Assembly: GCA_049999805.1 (NCBI GenBank)
Contig: JBNGIO010006380.1
Coordinates: 260,680-324,679, forward strand
DNA: 64,000 bases
Source of the DNA: Folioceros fuciformis
Taxonomy: Eukaryota
Reading direction: 5' to 3'
Shown: piece by piece, positions 11,022 to 23,082 of the stretch
How the letters are laid out: each line of letters opens with the position of its first letter
How positions within the stretch are numbered: position 1 is the stretch's first letter
The notes under the pieces: generated by a model
Seen by the model: the letters and a program-made list of their open reading frames with translations, nothing else
Told to the model about the DNA's origin: nothing
Database searches by the model: none
Program-made: the position numbers and the translations under genes

Positions 11022-12935
11022 ATGGAGGCCCGCTTCCAGCCGCTGCAGCTGATCGGGAAGGGCTCGTTTGGGGATGTGTATCGGGGATTTGACAAGGAGC
11101 TGGGCAAGGATGTGGCCATCAAGGTGATAGACTTGGAGGAGGCGGAGGATGAGGTGGACGATATCCAGAAGGAGATCTCGGTGCTGTCGCAGTGCCGTTG
11201 TGCTTTCATCACCGAGTATTATGGCTCTTACCTGCACAAGACGCGGCTTTGGATTGTGATGGAGTACATGGCCGGGGGCTCCGTGAGCGATCTGCTGGAG
11301 ATGGGCCCGCCGCTGGACGAGGCCTCCATCGCCTGCATTCTCAAGGACCTGTTACAGGCCCTGGACTACCTGCACAGCGAGGGCAGAATTCACCGGGATA
11401 TTAAAGCTGCCAATATCCTGCTAACAGCTAATGGCGACGTCAAGGTGGCGGATTTCGGGGTTTCCGCGCAGCTCACCAGGACTATGTCCAAGCGTAAGAC
11501 GTTTGTGGGGACTCCCTTCTGGATGGCCCCGGAGGTCATCCAAAATTCCGAGGGCTACAACGAGAAGGCTGACATCTGGTCGCTAGGAATCACGGCCATT
11601 GAGATGGCCAAGGGTGAGCCTCCTTACTCCGACTTGCATCCCATGCGAGTGCTGTTTCTCATTCCCAAGAATGGTCCTCCGCAGCTGGATGAGCACTTCT
11701 CCCGGCCCATGAAGGAATTCGTGGCTCTTTGCCTGAAGAAGAATCCCGCCGAGAGGCCAACTGCCAAGGAGTTGCTAAAGCATAGATTTGTGAAAAATGC
11801 CAGGAAGAGCCAGAGGCTGCTGGAAAGGATCAAGGAGCGGCCGGTGAATTATGTGGGCAAGGGCAGGGATATGGGGGCCCTGGATGACGAAACTAAGGAG
11901 AAAATGAAGGCCATGAAGGGCTTGGGAGACCGAGATTCTGCCCGAGGTAGGAAGTCTAGGTATGCCAGCTGGGACTTTGGGACTGGTACCATTCAGACCA
12001 CGGGGACCATAAGGAGTGCTCCTGTGAAGCCCCCTGCCAAGGGCAGATCTGATGCTGCACCAAGCCCTAGGTTGACCACCATCTTGTCTCAGGCGGAAAG
12101 TGAATGGCAGATGGAGCAGCCAGACCTGACACCGTTAGGCCGGGAGGGTCTTAGGGTCACCCAAGAGGGTGAGGTCAGCGAAGGGCCATCGACGCCGGAA
12201 GATGAAATCAACGTTGCCGATGCAGATTCTGACATCTATGGGACTGTGGTCAGGAATTCGTCGGAGCACTCATCCGATTCAGGTACCCCGAAGTTGATCC
12301 AGGAGGACAGTGCCACGAATCTCCATGAGGCTATGGCTGCATTCAGGAAAGCTCACATGAGACCTGGGCGGACTCCTGCCAGAGATAGAGACCATGGATA
12401 TGAGGCTGCATCCCCTGCCAGAACACCAGACCGGAGTGGTAGATTTCTAGGTAGGCCAGCAAGCAGACCATCAAGTAGGCCCACAAGTGAGGAAGATTTT
12501 GCTCAAGTTTCAGGAGCAGGGCCATCGTCTGCCCTCTCTCTTCTCTTGCTCCCTGCACTCAGTGAGTTAGTTCCTGAGCATTCCGAGAATGAGGCTTTCC
12601 GTCTAGCAGCAGAATTGGCAGAGCTCTTGATGGAATTTGAGCACCTGGTCTCAGGTGCTAGTGAAGCCCTCATCCGGAAGCTCTTTCACAAGCTTGGTAG
12701 CACGGATGATCCTTCTCTGAAAGGGCTTCAGAGTGTAGCCCGGGGTGTGTTTGCATCTGAGGAAGGATTGTCTCAGAGGCGGGACTCCATTCAATCAGAA
12801 TTTGGGAAATCTAGATCGGGAAGATTGCGACCTACTCTAGATGCTTCAGAGAACTCAGGGTTGAGTCCTGTGGCAGCCTTTCTGTTATCTAGATGGCAAA
12901 GTCAAGTCAATAGAGACGTGGCTCCTTGTCCATAA
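11022..12935 (+). CDS. STE20-family GCK-III-like Ser/Thr kinase (plant MAP4K-alpha type), single exon, 637 aa
   Basis: Complete kinase domain: IGKGSFGDVY, VAIK, IHRDIKAANILL, DFG, TFVGTPFWMAPEVI, HPMRVLFLIPK. C-terminal SPVAAFLLSRW conserved-type tail. No introns. Confidence 0.93.
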   Translation: MEARFQPLQLIGKGSFGDVYRGFDKELGKDVAIKVIDLEEAEDEVDDIQKEISVLSQCRCAFITEYYGSYLHKTRLWIVMEYMAGGSVSDLLEMGPPLDEASIACILKDLLQALDYLHSEGRIHRDIKAANILLTANGDVKVADFGVSAQLTRTMSKRKTFVGTPFWMAPEVIQNSEGYNEKADIWSLGITAIEMAKGEPPYSDLHPMRVLFLIPKNGPPQLDEHFSRPMKEFVALCLKKNPAERPTAKELLKHRFVKNARKSQRLLERIKERPVNYVGKGRDMGALDDETKEKMKAMKGLGDRDSARGRKSRYASWDFGTGTIQTTGTIRSAPVKPPAKGRSDAAPSPRLTTILSQAESEWQMEQPDLTPLGREGLRVTQEGEVSEGPSTPEDEINVADADSDIYGTVVRNSSEHSSDSGTPKLIQEDSATNLHEAMAAFRKAHMRPGRTPARDRDHGYEAASPARTPDRSGRFLGRPASRPSSRPTSEEDFAQVSGAGPSSALSLLLLPALSELVPEHSENEAFRLAAELAELLMEFEHLVSGASEALIRKLFHKLGSTDDPSLKGLQSVARGVFASEEGLSQRRDSIQSEFGKSRSGRLRPTLDASENSGLSPVAAFLLSRWQSQVNRDVAPCP

Positions 12936-15900
12936 TCCAAGCCTTGTCTGGGTCCAATCATTAGCTGAGAATGCGTTACTATGTTCACCAGAATATTGTT
13001 TGTACTCCCTTACCTATTAGCTTGGTCTTCGGATGATTAGCAGAGAGCAGGCAGGAGCATAGTGCGAGCTGGTGGTTATCAGGTGTTGGGTTGCTAGGTG
13101 CCAGTGTCAGAACTTGCTTGCAGCTGCCAGTGGACAAGCAAAAGGTCTGGAGCATGCGCCGTTGCATTCAAGGACTTGGAATGCATCCTTGCCAAGATGA
13201 AGCAACTTCTCAGGGATGCTGGTGATTATTCAGATATGTATGCTAATTGGATTTGTAGGAAATTGAGCATCCAGTTTGTAAAGTATAAATCATGGGGCAG
13301 GTTGCCGCCCCTATGGTCATCTGAATTTTGACCTCTCATTGCCCTGAATGAATGGACTAGGTGGTACGGACTCAGTGAGCCAGGATGAAAGGGGCTGGAT
13401 TGCAGATTTTTAGTGCTTGACTGCTTTTCACAGAGCACATGTTTTGTCCAGGATAGGTTTTGTTCTTTGCAGAGAAACGTACACATCTCTCCACCAAAGA
13501 GAGTCTGGCGATCAGGGAACCGTCCACAGCAGTCACACACGACAACGGTAAGCAAGTGGTGTTGAACTGGATTTGAAATGCACTTTGTTGAGTTTGAAAA
13601 ATTGAAATCGTCACTGGTCCACGTCATCGTCTTCGTCTTTGTCTGTCGTTTCCCAGACTTGAGCGTAATGAGGACTCTGTAGTTTGGTATTGAGGAGGAC
13701 GCAACAAAAGCGAGCCCATGGATTATGCTACTTTGATGTTTCCTTAGATGTAGACCCTTAGACGTTCCCTATGGGAGACGAGGACCATCGAAAACCGCGT
13801 CTTCACCTCTTCAAAACAGATAGTTTCTCAATTTGGGGTGCTGAGCATCTTTTGCTTTCCCGCAGGAAATCTACCTTTCAGACTGAGCCATGTTATCACA
13901 TACTACTTGGTACATACACAGACACTCCCTCAGCCCGCCATTGATTGCGTGTATCGGGGCGGACATTTTGCTCCTTTCTAATGGTCGAAGCATCCGTCCC
14001 ATACTACACTAGTCAGTACAGAACGGGTGCTTCGTGAATGCCATTTCCGTATGGAATGCCTTCCGAAAACAGTCAAGACTGACATGCCTCTGCACTTCCG
14101 CCTACTTTTGCCCACCGTCTGGCGGAGACGTCTTTTACAAGACTGGGGAATCCTCCCGGAACATCCTCCCACCTCCAAATTCAGCCAATCACGAGCCCTT
14201 CCCCCTTCCTGCCCTCGGATTGACCCAGTCCAACCGAGATCCTGAGAAGTAGCCGCACCTTGCGCTCCTGGCGGATTATTGCACGTACATACATCTGGTA
14301 GGAATGAGGCATATACAGACAAGGCGTGTGCATACTGTATGTTGGTGTTACTTCTGTCGTGCAATTCTGGACAAAAAGTTCAGTCTGGCAACTTGGTTCC
14401 AGACGCATTTAACGACAAGCTACCAATTTTTCCGTGATGCGAGGTGTGCTGAATGCGCACGCACATTTTGTGTACAGTTCCATCTCGATATCTTCGTCTC
14501 CGTGGATGTGTACACGTCTATGAAACTCCATCATTGAATTTTCCTTTCCTTGTTGTCTCCACGGTCAAGCACTTGGAATCGGATCACTGTGGGCCTCTTC
14601 TTGCACAAAAGTCCTCCAGGGCCGTGTGGCTCAGAGCCATAAATGAAAAGATAAAAATAAATGAAAATCAGCCAAAGTGACTGTTCCACCGGGCATACCA
14701 AGGCACCCTCATCAATGTTCAGGGCATGAGATTCTTTCACCACCTGAACATAGTGCGCATAAAGTATCGGAGATTTTTTCTACACGCGGCCGACCAGTAG
14801 TGGTATGGGTCCAGCTCTCAGGCCCAACTATCCCCCCGCGTTCCACGCTCCAACCCATATTCCTCTACCCCTAGACCGGATTGAGTACGCAGTCCACGTT
14901 ATTTTTTTTATTTAAATATATTATAAATATTATTATCTAGGTTTTAAATAATATGTATAAATTAATATATTATTTTTATGTTTACCCTAACCCTTTTTTT
15001 ATTAGGTTGAGGTTCCGGACAAGCCTAAGCATAGTTGGATGCTCTATGCTAGGGTGTCATTTTAACCCATATATTTCACAATCTTGGAGATTACCTAGCT
15101 TTGCTACTCTCCGCTCCAATGAATGGGACTGCGTCTTCTTGCCACTTTTGGTTATTAAATATAAATTATAAATAATTTAATATATATATATAAAAGATAA
15201 AAATATAAATATATGGTATATTCTACCTGGCTCCTTCCAAGCTTTAAAACTACCATTCCAATCTCCGCCCTTAACAAGAGGACTGTTGATGATATACTCA
15301 TTAGTGCTCCTAGAATCAGAATGTTAAATTTTGTTCTCATTTATTGAAGACAACCAACGGACATCATGAATTCCATATATAATTAAGATTTCTAAATACA
15401 CTTACAATTTATCGTCTTTTTATATTAATGATGAAGAGTAGCCTGCAATTTTCTCACAAGTTTGTCCACCACTCATAGATTGGGAACATGGGATGCTGCA
15501 AATGCAAATGCCATGTAATGAACAAAAGCAATAAATTCAAACAAAAGACATATTCATGTTATGCAAAAACTTCACAACATCGTGATTTGCTTGGCCTTTG
15601 CCCTTGCCAACCATTATTCATGCTCCATTACTTGCAAATCCACTCATTTTCTTTTTCTTAATGTCCAAACTAAAGAGTTAAAATTGTTTAACTAAAGTTA
15701 TGGTGGCAAAACCCCAACCACCTTACCGTCGAGGAGGGGAGCCTTGGGCTGCCTCTAATGACCATAGTTATCCCACTGTTGTTGAGCCGTTGGGTTTCGT
15801 TCCTACTAAGAAGCGACGAACTTCCTCTCTTTCTCTCAGATGGATGGATAGAGGGTCTACCTTTCTCAACACCTCAACTCTCAAGTATCCTGTCAACTCC

Positions 15901-16884
15901 CTATCCTGTCCTGGCCCCTATATTATAGCTAGTTGGGTAGACAGTTTAGTCAGCTTCCATGCCAACCCACAGACTTCACAAACTAACGTCGCGTTAGATG
16001 CTATTCACAGTCAGTCCTCACATCAACAATCGTGGATAGTTTGCTAGATCTTAAGAACATCTTCCAAAGACTATGCTCTATTACTTGGATAAACCTCCTA
16101 AACACTTGTACAGCTCACTCCTCTCGACTGCCTAAGTTACATTAGTAGTTGGCTAGTTGCTGAAAAAGAACTTACTAGCAAGAGAAGTAGGTAAGGGCTC
16201 TTATGGAGAACATATGAAATTTAGGGTTAGGCCAAGATGAGGGGCTAGGCCATTGAAATGTCCAAGGAGGGGGCTAAATGAGTGCTACATTATCGTATAG
16301 GCTACAAGGTGGTGAGTTTAGCTCTATGTGGAGTGAAATTCTATGTCTAAGGATACAATGAGGTCCACATTCACCTCTATGTTTAGGGTTGCTTACCACC
16401 TAAGGGAATGGTTTGTATCAAGTTGTTCTAAATCTACGACTTCTAGACTTCCTATAATCAGTTCCTACCCAGACGCACCCCACCATTGTGCTTAAGTCCA
16501 CCATCATCATTCCTGGCTCCACCACTGTAGTGAGTTCTACCACCATGGTAGTGGATTCAGCCACCGTGGTAGTGGATTCCATCACCATGGTGGGACCCAC
16601 CCGTTCGGCGCACGCGCACACCACAACGCTTGGATGACGTAGGGTTTCTTGCCATTCTTGTTAAAGAGCTAAGGCCTGTGCAGGCTAATTCTCATGCACA
16701 CCCAGCCATACTCATGTTATTTTACATCCAAATCTTGTTGGTAGCTACAAATTAGGACCACCCACCAACGGTGCTTCACGTCATCATTGTTTCCCCACAC
16801 AATCTACCTCCAACCTTCTTTAACACTTCATGATTTCAAACCTTGCACTTCAACAAGTACCAAATCTTCACTCAATCCCCCTCC

Positions 16885-17050
16885 CCAGGACACCCAGACC
16901 TCACACAGGCCACACAGACCTCTCCTTGGGACACACAGTCCCCTCTAGCGCACGAAGACCTCACACATGCCACATAATCCTCACATAAGCTACACAAACC
17001 TTACCCATGCCACACATACCTCACACAAGCCACGCAGGCCTCTCCTTGGG
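16885..17050. repeat. Degenerate ~20-bp tandem repeat (CACACAGACCTCACACAGGC-like)
   Basis: Repeated CACAC..ACCTCACA units visible. Confidence 0.7.
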
Positions 17051-17594
17051 ATAAAACACGATCTAATTAGGTAGCTGAGTGAGAAGGGAAAAATCACAGT
17101 CAGACGGCTCCACAAGAGTTTCGCAAAATCGCACTCCCTCCCACTAAACCCATTCGCGGGTATCGAATCTCTTAGTTTTAACCGAAACTCATCTTCACGA
17201 ATTATATATACTTGAATGTACCCAAATCTACCTCATTAAAGGTAAGAACGAGGCATTATGTTAGGCACCATGGGTCTTGAGTTCTTGAAAACTAGGGAGC
17301 AAGATATTAACACATTGCTCAAAAATCAAGATCGAGGTGACTTCATCTTTTTTTCCTTTAGCACCGCAGTAGGGCCAGCTTGCTGTTTCCCTTTTTCTTG
17401 TCCCCCTCACGGCTCCGCTGCTGCCTTCGATATGGTGACACGGGACGAGGTCACCACCTCTTGCTTGCCTACGACTGTCTTCCCTCTCTTAGCCGCGCTC
17501 TGCCTCGTTATCTAGCTCTTCCCCTTTCTGTCCTTCGCAACTTCCCCCTCGGAATCTTCTGGTGGTTCAGGCTCCCAACTACTAGAATTCTCTC

Positions 17595-17891
17595 CTAAGT
17601 TTCCTTGGGTTCCTCTTTTTCCAAAGTAACTTCCTCGATTGGCTTCCTACTATGGTGGGAGGACATAATCTCCAATTCGGTTAAACACTTGGAATGTGCA
17701 GAAACATGGACCGAGAAGGGCGATATGAGGGAGGGACGTGGGGAGGCAACCAATAAATTTGTTCTCTCCTCACAGGCTCGTTCAAAAATAATCCTACCCC
17801 AATCCACCCGTGTGCCCTTGACTACCTCATGGAGAAAGACCAAAAAGTGGTCTGCCATATGATATAGCTTCTTATTATGAAGGAAGCACAT
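17595..17891 (-). pseudogene. Fragment of a retrotransposon-associated ORF
   Basis: G.RVDWGRIIF..., LISPF.VH pattern resembles accessory ORFs of plant Ty3/gypsy-type elements. Flanked by stops inside the TE island. Confidence 0.35.
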
Positions 17892-18115
17892 AATCCACTT
17901 GGCCAGACTATTAGAATAGCCTTTTGCTCTTGCACCTATTAAAGGTGTTAGCTACACAGGCTAGTGGTAGTTTCAATTTTCGATAGAGTCGGTTTTCTAA
18001 CCAAACCTCTTATGCCTAGGAATATATGTTTTACTTTCTTGAATACAAACAACGCTCTTTGATACTCAATTGCGTATTTTGTGCACTAGCTCCACGCTTG
18101 GTATGACCATCATCT

Positions 18116-18780
18116 AATATGGTGGCAAAACCCCAGGCAAACTGTTTGCCAAAGAGTTCAACCTTTAGTGCCCACACTTATCCCACAGTCGGTGAGACAT
18201 TCGGTTTTGTTCCCACGGAGTAGTGATGGGGTTCCTCGCTACTATGAATGGAGGGTCAAACTCTTGTAGATCCTGGCTGAGGCTGCCTCCGGTCTAGTCA
18301 CCTTCACTCTTCAGCATCTCCCCTAACGATTCCCACGGTGGCTGATGCACAGCCCTCATGGGAGAAGCACATGTAAGTCTGTTAGTTCAGTCTTAAAAGG
18401 GTGTTCTACGGGGTCCATGGATAGTAGGTTAGACCTACCCGGGACGTGTTAGTAGTAGGAAGAACACAACAGAAGAAGTCAGTGGAGAGGTCGCAAGAGT
18501 TGAACTCCCGCTCAAGTAGGTTTGGATAGCAAACAAGCAAACAATATATCCAACTGGCCAAGAGACGTGGTAGTCGGCAGGTTAGAAACGAGCCCAAGGG
18601 ACGATGGGCCGTCGGATTGTCAAACAGTCCCAAGACGGAGGTCCCTTGGTGTTACTAGGAGCAGTGGGAGAAGCAAGGGAAGAGGCCAAAAGAGGAGTGA
18701 CTAGCAGCCGGAACCGAGCTTGAAATTAGTAGCATATTTAGCAGAATCGGCTTCCAGCCGAAGTGCTCCCTCAACCATCA
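18116..18780 (+). mobile_element. Putative solo LTR (related partial copy at ~15700-16050)
   Basis: Starts ..TGGTGG and ends CCATCA. Flanked by CATCT at 18111-18115 and 18781-18785 (possible TSD). The first ~150 bp align by eye with 15701 onward. Confidence 0.4.
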
Positions 18781-19227
18781 CATCTTTTTTTTTTTACCCA
18801 TCCAAATACCATTTCAGGGCATACAAGATGCACTATGTATTGAAGGATGGACACAACGTGGATATAGGCCTGGCTTGGATTGCTATGTGCATAGCTACGT
18901 CCATCGCCATGTTGTAGGGAACATGGTGTTTGCAGAGCTCATCCCTAAGCTATGGGGAACATAGTGCCGACATTGCTAATCCCCCGGTCGTAGGTAACGT
19001 ATAGCTATGGATCTTTCTATCGTTTTCACTGTAGCATTATTTACAGCTATTAATTTCATGTTGAGGATCATTTCGAGTTGTGAAATGAACAAGTTGTCGT
19101 ATTATCCTCTCCAACATCATTTTCATATTTCATATTATGTTAAAACTTTAACTTCAAAGGATTAGGATGATTAGCTAGGTTTGAACACGAGACCTCTTCT
19201 ACCTAGCTCTCAAGTGATGATCATAAA

Positions 19228-19312
19228 AAATAATAACTATAATAATAGTAATAATTATAACTATAAAAATAATAATAAAAACTGTAATAATGATAATAAC
19301 TATAATGAAACT
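19228..19312. repeat. Degenerate (AAT)n microsatellite
   Basis: AATAATAACTATAATAATAGTAATAATT... Confidence 0.75.
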
Positions 19313-20176
19313 AAGTTAATTACAACTAATACATAAAACCTTCCCCAAAATGCCACTCCTTTACGTTGCTTCTTATAATTAAAATTGTATGAGGCCTTAT
19401 TATGCCAAAAAAAAACCCTAAAGCTCTATAAATTTGGAATGTACTAAATTTAGGATATTATAAATATATGAAATATGAACATGAGACGTAGTTGTAATAG
19501 CATACATATACATTTGCAAGCAAGCAAGGCCATAGGCACATATTTCCAACCTCGCCAGACATTTGCAAGCAAGCTTAAGCGTAACTCTTGTGCCTAAGCA
19601 AACTAAACTTTTCTTCCAACGGTCTTTTTAAAAATTACTTTGTGCACAAGGACACAAAAACTTATGACCATGTTCTAAATGTAAGTGAGGTAGCATTATA
19701 TATATGTTCAATGTTGGTTTCCTGCTTCCTCTTTAACCTAGTGTTTTTTTGTTGCTTCTAAGTTCTCTTTAGAAAGCAATAACTACCCCATGTTTCATCA
19801 AATGTAAAAACAAAATTTTGTCTTTCATGAAGCTTTGGCTAGGGGAGGTAGACTTAATTAACTCAAGCAATTTGCAGATCCGAATCAAAAGCAAGGATAA
19901 CTTAAACTCAAGCAAAAGGGAATTCATTTAATGACCTTTAACACGAGGTGATCGGCGTAGAATTCATTAAATACGCAAAAATTATTATAGAAGAAATATT
20001 TTGGAGTACAAAAAATAAATTGGCAAAGGAAAGGAGGAGAACAAAAATGAAATTGAAGTAGGTTTAACAAAAAGAAAGAAGAGGAGAAGAGGAAAACATT
20101 GGATTAGGCTGAAAAAGAATTGTAGTAGAAAAAAATTGTCTTCCTAAGATGTGTACAAGAGACAGGGATAGGTTCA

Positions 20177-21053
20177 ATGCCAATCATGGCTTCCCAAAAA
20201 GAGAAAGGTGGAAAACCCATGAGGCCAAACTCTCGCAACAATTACTACGATGATGAGGATACACAACCACCTCCTTCGAGGATAGATAAAAGAGATGGTC
20301 ATTCATCCCTTAACCCGCAACAGCAGCCAGTGGTTCCTAGTCTGGGACTAGAAGCAACAATAGCATCACCACGCAACCTTAGGGGAGCCACCTACATGAC
20401 CAAATCTCCAATGAGGCGTGATCTTTCCTCAACCATGCCCTTCGATGCTGACAACGAGGGCCCTCGGCGGCCGTGCTCACACTCTCAATCACAGGTCTCC
20501 ATCGAAATTGAGGGAATGGGTGGTAGGGAAAGGAAAGCTATGACGAGAGGGGGAAAGGGAATGCAGGGCGAAAAAGGCAAACGGTGGGATTGTAATAGGA
20601 AACGAAAGCAAAGTATGTCAATGGACGATTTCAAGAAAATGGAGAAAGACTCAAACAATTGGGATGAGGTAGAGAAACTCTTGACAAACTTGGAAAAGAG
20701 GAGAGCATGATGTGTGCCAATGCTCTAACTCTAGCTTGTGCGTTAATTCCTATGACAAATTCGATATTCGGCATACCCATTCAACCAAACTCAACATTCC
20801 AAAACGGGGTAGCAAGGTTTTCAACGCTATCGTCCAAAAGCACATAATGCTCTTGAAGAAAATTCAGTTTACTTTGAGGACATGCAATCTAGAGAAGGAA
20901 TACATAAAATGGTTATTACGCAACTGGCCAACCTATGAGGAAGGCAAATTTGAAGTGGTAGAGTTGCCAGTGATACCTGCGGTTGCACTAACACCTCACG
21001 TTCCACTAAAAGAAAGCTTGGACTCCAAGCCTTCCAAAAACGTTTGCTCTTGA
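20177..21053 (+). pseudogene. Frameshifted, probably TE-associated ORF
   Basis: Two consecutive protein-like ORFs (20177-20710, 20712-21053) separated by a stop/frame change inside the TE island. Family not recognised. Confidence 0.35.
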
Positions 21054-21059
21054 GTGAGC

Positions 21060-21510
21060 TTGAGAGGGAGCTCGAGCTCTAAGGGCATCACAAAGACCTC
21101 GAGGGGCCCGAGCCTAAAGGCCACCACAAAGACCTTGGGGAGCTCAATCCCAAAGGACCTCACAAAGCCCTTAGGGGCCTCGAGCCCACAAGGGGCTAGA
21201 AAGACGTTGGGGGCCTCAAGCCTAGTTGTCTCACCAAAGACGTTGGGGGCCTCAAGCCTAGAAGTCTCACCAAAGATGTTGGGGGCCTCAAGCCTAGAGG
21301 TCTCAACAAAGACATTGGGGGCCTCAAGCCCACAAGCAGCCAAAAAGATCTTGGGGGTCTCAAGCCCTCAAGCCTTGAACTCCAACTCCAACTCCCACTC
21401 CAAGTCCAACTGTGATTCAAACTTTGACTCCAACCCGGACTCCGACTCCGACTCGGGCTCCAACTCCAACTTTGATTCGGACTCCGATTCCGACTCCAAC
21501 TTTGATTCGG
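21060..21510. repeat. 30-bp minisatellite followed by an (RACTCC)n hexamer array
   Basis: Units such as AAAGACGTTGGGGGCCTCAAGCCTAG..GTCTCACC repeated about 8-10 times (21060-21375), then AACTCC/GACTCC hexamers (21378-21510). Confidence 0.9.
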
Positions 21511-21544
21511 GTTTACCGACCTTTTCTCACTAGGGGGGAATAGG

Positions 21545-22078
21545 TTTGTGTCGGTGATGTGGTTGTTACGAAATCCCATTAGGAAATCAATCTACGAGCA
21601 TGTCATCATCAACCCGCCTAGTTGGATGACAGAGGGTTGTGCAAAGTCCATAAGTATTCTCCCCTACAAGACGGGGATACTTTTATCCTGCTTGCTCTTA
21701 AGACTTATTGGGGTAATGGCAAGGACTTTTCAAGGTTTATCAAGGAGTGCGCAAAGGTTTATTAGAGTAATGGCAAGGACTTTTCAAGGTTTATCAAGGA
21801 GTGCGCCAAGGTTTATTAGAGTCATAGGAATGGTGTTCTCTCTCTTGTCTTTATGGCGGCCTTCTTTTGGGCATGGGCCAATTAGGGCAGCAACAAGCCA
21901 ATTAGGGCAGCAACAAGGGGAGGTCAACCAGCTTCTTCAGCAGGTCAACCAGCTTTTTAGAATGATTTTCAAAGGGGGCTATTACCCCTTTTAGCCTTTG
22001 GCCCTGCAGGGGTTGTTCTTTTTAATCTTTGAAATAAATGGACTTTCCAATTTCTTTTTTAATAATAAAAAATACAGA
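21545..22078 (+). mobile_element. 5'-truncated CRE-like LINE fragment (endonuclease end plus 3' tail)
   Basis: Aligns by eye with 59797-60440 (GATGTGGTTGTTAC.AATCCCA.TAG, TCTACGAGCA.GTCA.CATCAA, GTGCGCCAAGGTTTAT, TTAGCCTTTGGCCCT, A-rich tail). Contains a 54-bp internal tandem duplication at ~21713-21820. Confidence 0.75.
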
Positions 22079-22254
22079 CTTTTTTTCAGAAAGACACAAG
22101 TTCGAAAGTTTAAGCCATGACGTTATACGACATTGAAAACTTATATTTGGCTAGAGCGCCTTATACATATTTGGTGAAACAAACTACTGGTGCAGACTGG
22201 ACCAGTCTGAACCAGAAGTGCATCTCAGGTGCATGGTTGTCCAGAACATTGCGC

Positions 22255-22964
22255 TCATTTGTGGCACTGGCAGTCAGCGCACTTGCAGTTAGCTCCGCAC
22301 TTGCAGTCATTCTCGGAGCCGAAGTCCATCCCAAAGCTACATGAAAAAATTGCCAAGGGATGACAGTCAGAACAGATGGCTCCAGATATCAGGATCCTCG
22401 TTTTCCAATCAGCCCAACCGGAAGAGGTAACGGCGTAGTCTTGTGAAGCAGGCCCACGGACAGAAGGAACTGAGGATGAGAACAAGGATTACCCCTTGGA
22501 AGAGCCGCCGATCACGAGCATGGCGTCATCCATAGTGTTCTTGCACCTGCAAGAAACACCGCATTTCATCAGAGGCATGGCATGCAGTCCGTAATCGAGC
22601 ACCAGCGATCCAGTCCATCAGCAGCCATGACATGGAGTCCGGACGCTTAAGCGCGCAGAAGCGATCCAGTCCATCGCTGTGTCAGTTCCCGAAAAAACTT
22701 CCACCAGCCTCTACCTCGCCTCGGAGTTATCAAGACCTACTTGGAACCACACCGCTATTCCGGCCCCGAGCAAAAACACACACATAGCAGTCACACCCCA
22801 AGTGCTCGCGCAGATCGCGCTTGCTTGCAAGCGAACAATCGACAACAGATGTCGGTCCATGGAGAGGAAGGCTGGGAAGCGCAAGCTGGCGGGACTCACT
22901 GGCAAGAGCTTCCGCACTTGCATGCGGAACCGCATCCGCAGGTGGCGCTGCCGCAACCAGACAT
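22255..22964 (-). CDS. Metallothionein copy 1 (3 exons, 66 aa)
   Basis: Exons 22964-22900, 22546-22493, 22336-22255 splice to [66 protein letters not shown]. Two Cys-rich domains and a Cys-free spacer. Confidence 0.93.
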
Positions 22965-23075
22965 GTTGAAGACTGAAGAAAGAGCTGAAGGAAACGCTGA
23001 GAGCGGAGAGCAAAACAATGTGAGAACCAGGAGGCGACGAGTGTGCACTGCGAAGTCTGGCTGACATCTTCTGGG

Positions 23076-23082
23076 TTTTATA
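23076..23082 (-). promoter_or_regulatory. TATA box of metallothionein 1
   Basis: TATAAAA on the minus strand ~110 bp upstream of the ATG, with an equivalent in all three copies. Confidence 0.75.

Larger units (their letters stand above)
14900..21540. mobile_element. Nested island of decayed retrotransposon-like sequences
   Basis: CG depletion, broken ORFs, two related segments starting TGGTGGCAAAACCCC (15701, 18120), and several internal tandem repeats. Confidence 0.6.

Noticed and set aside
19170..19215. tRNA B-box-like sequence on the minus strand (GAGGTCTCGTGTTCAAACC)
   Set aside because: No cloverleaf or A box. At most a decayed SINE or tRNA-derived fragment.
21054..21579. ORFs of 115-159 aa on both strands
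   Set aside because: They are open only because the underlying 30-bp and 6-bp repeats lack stop codons.
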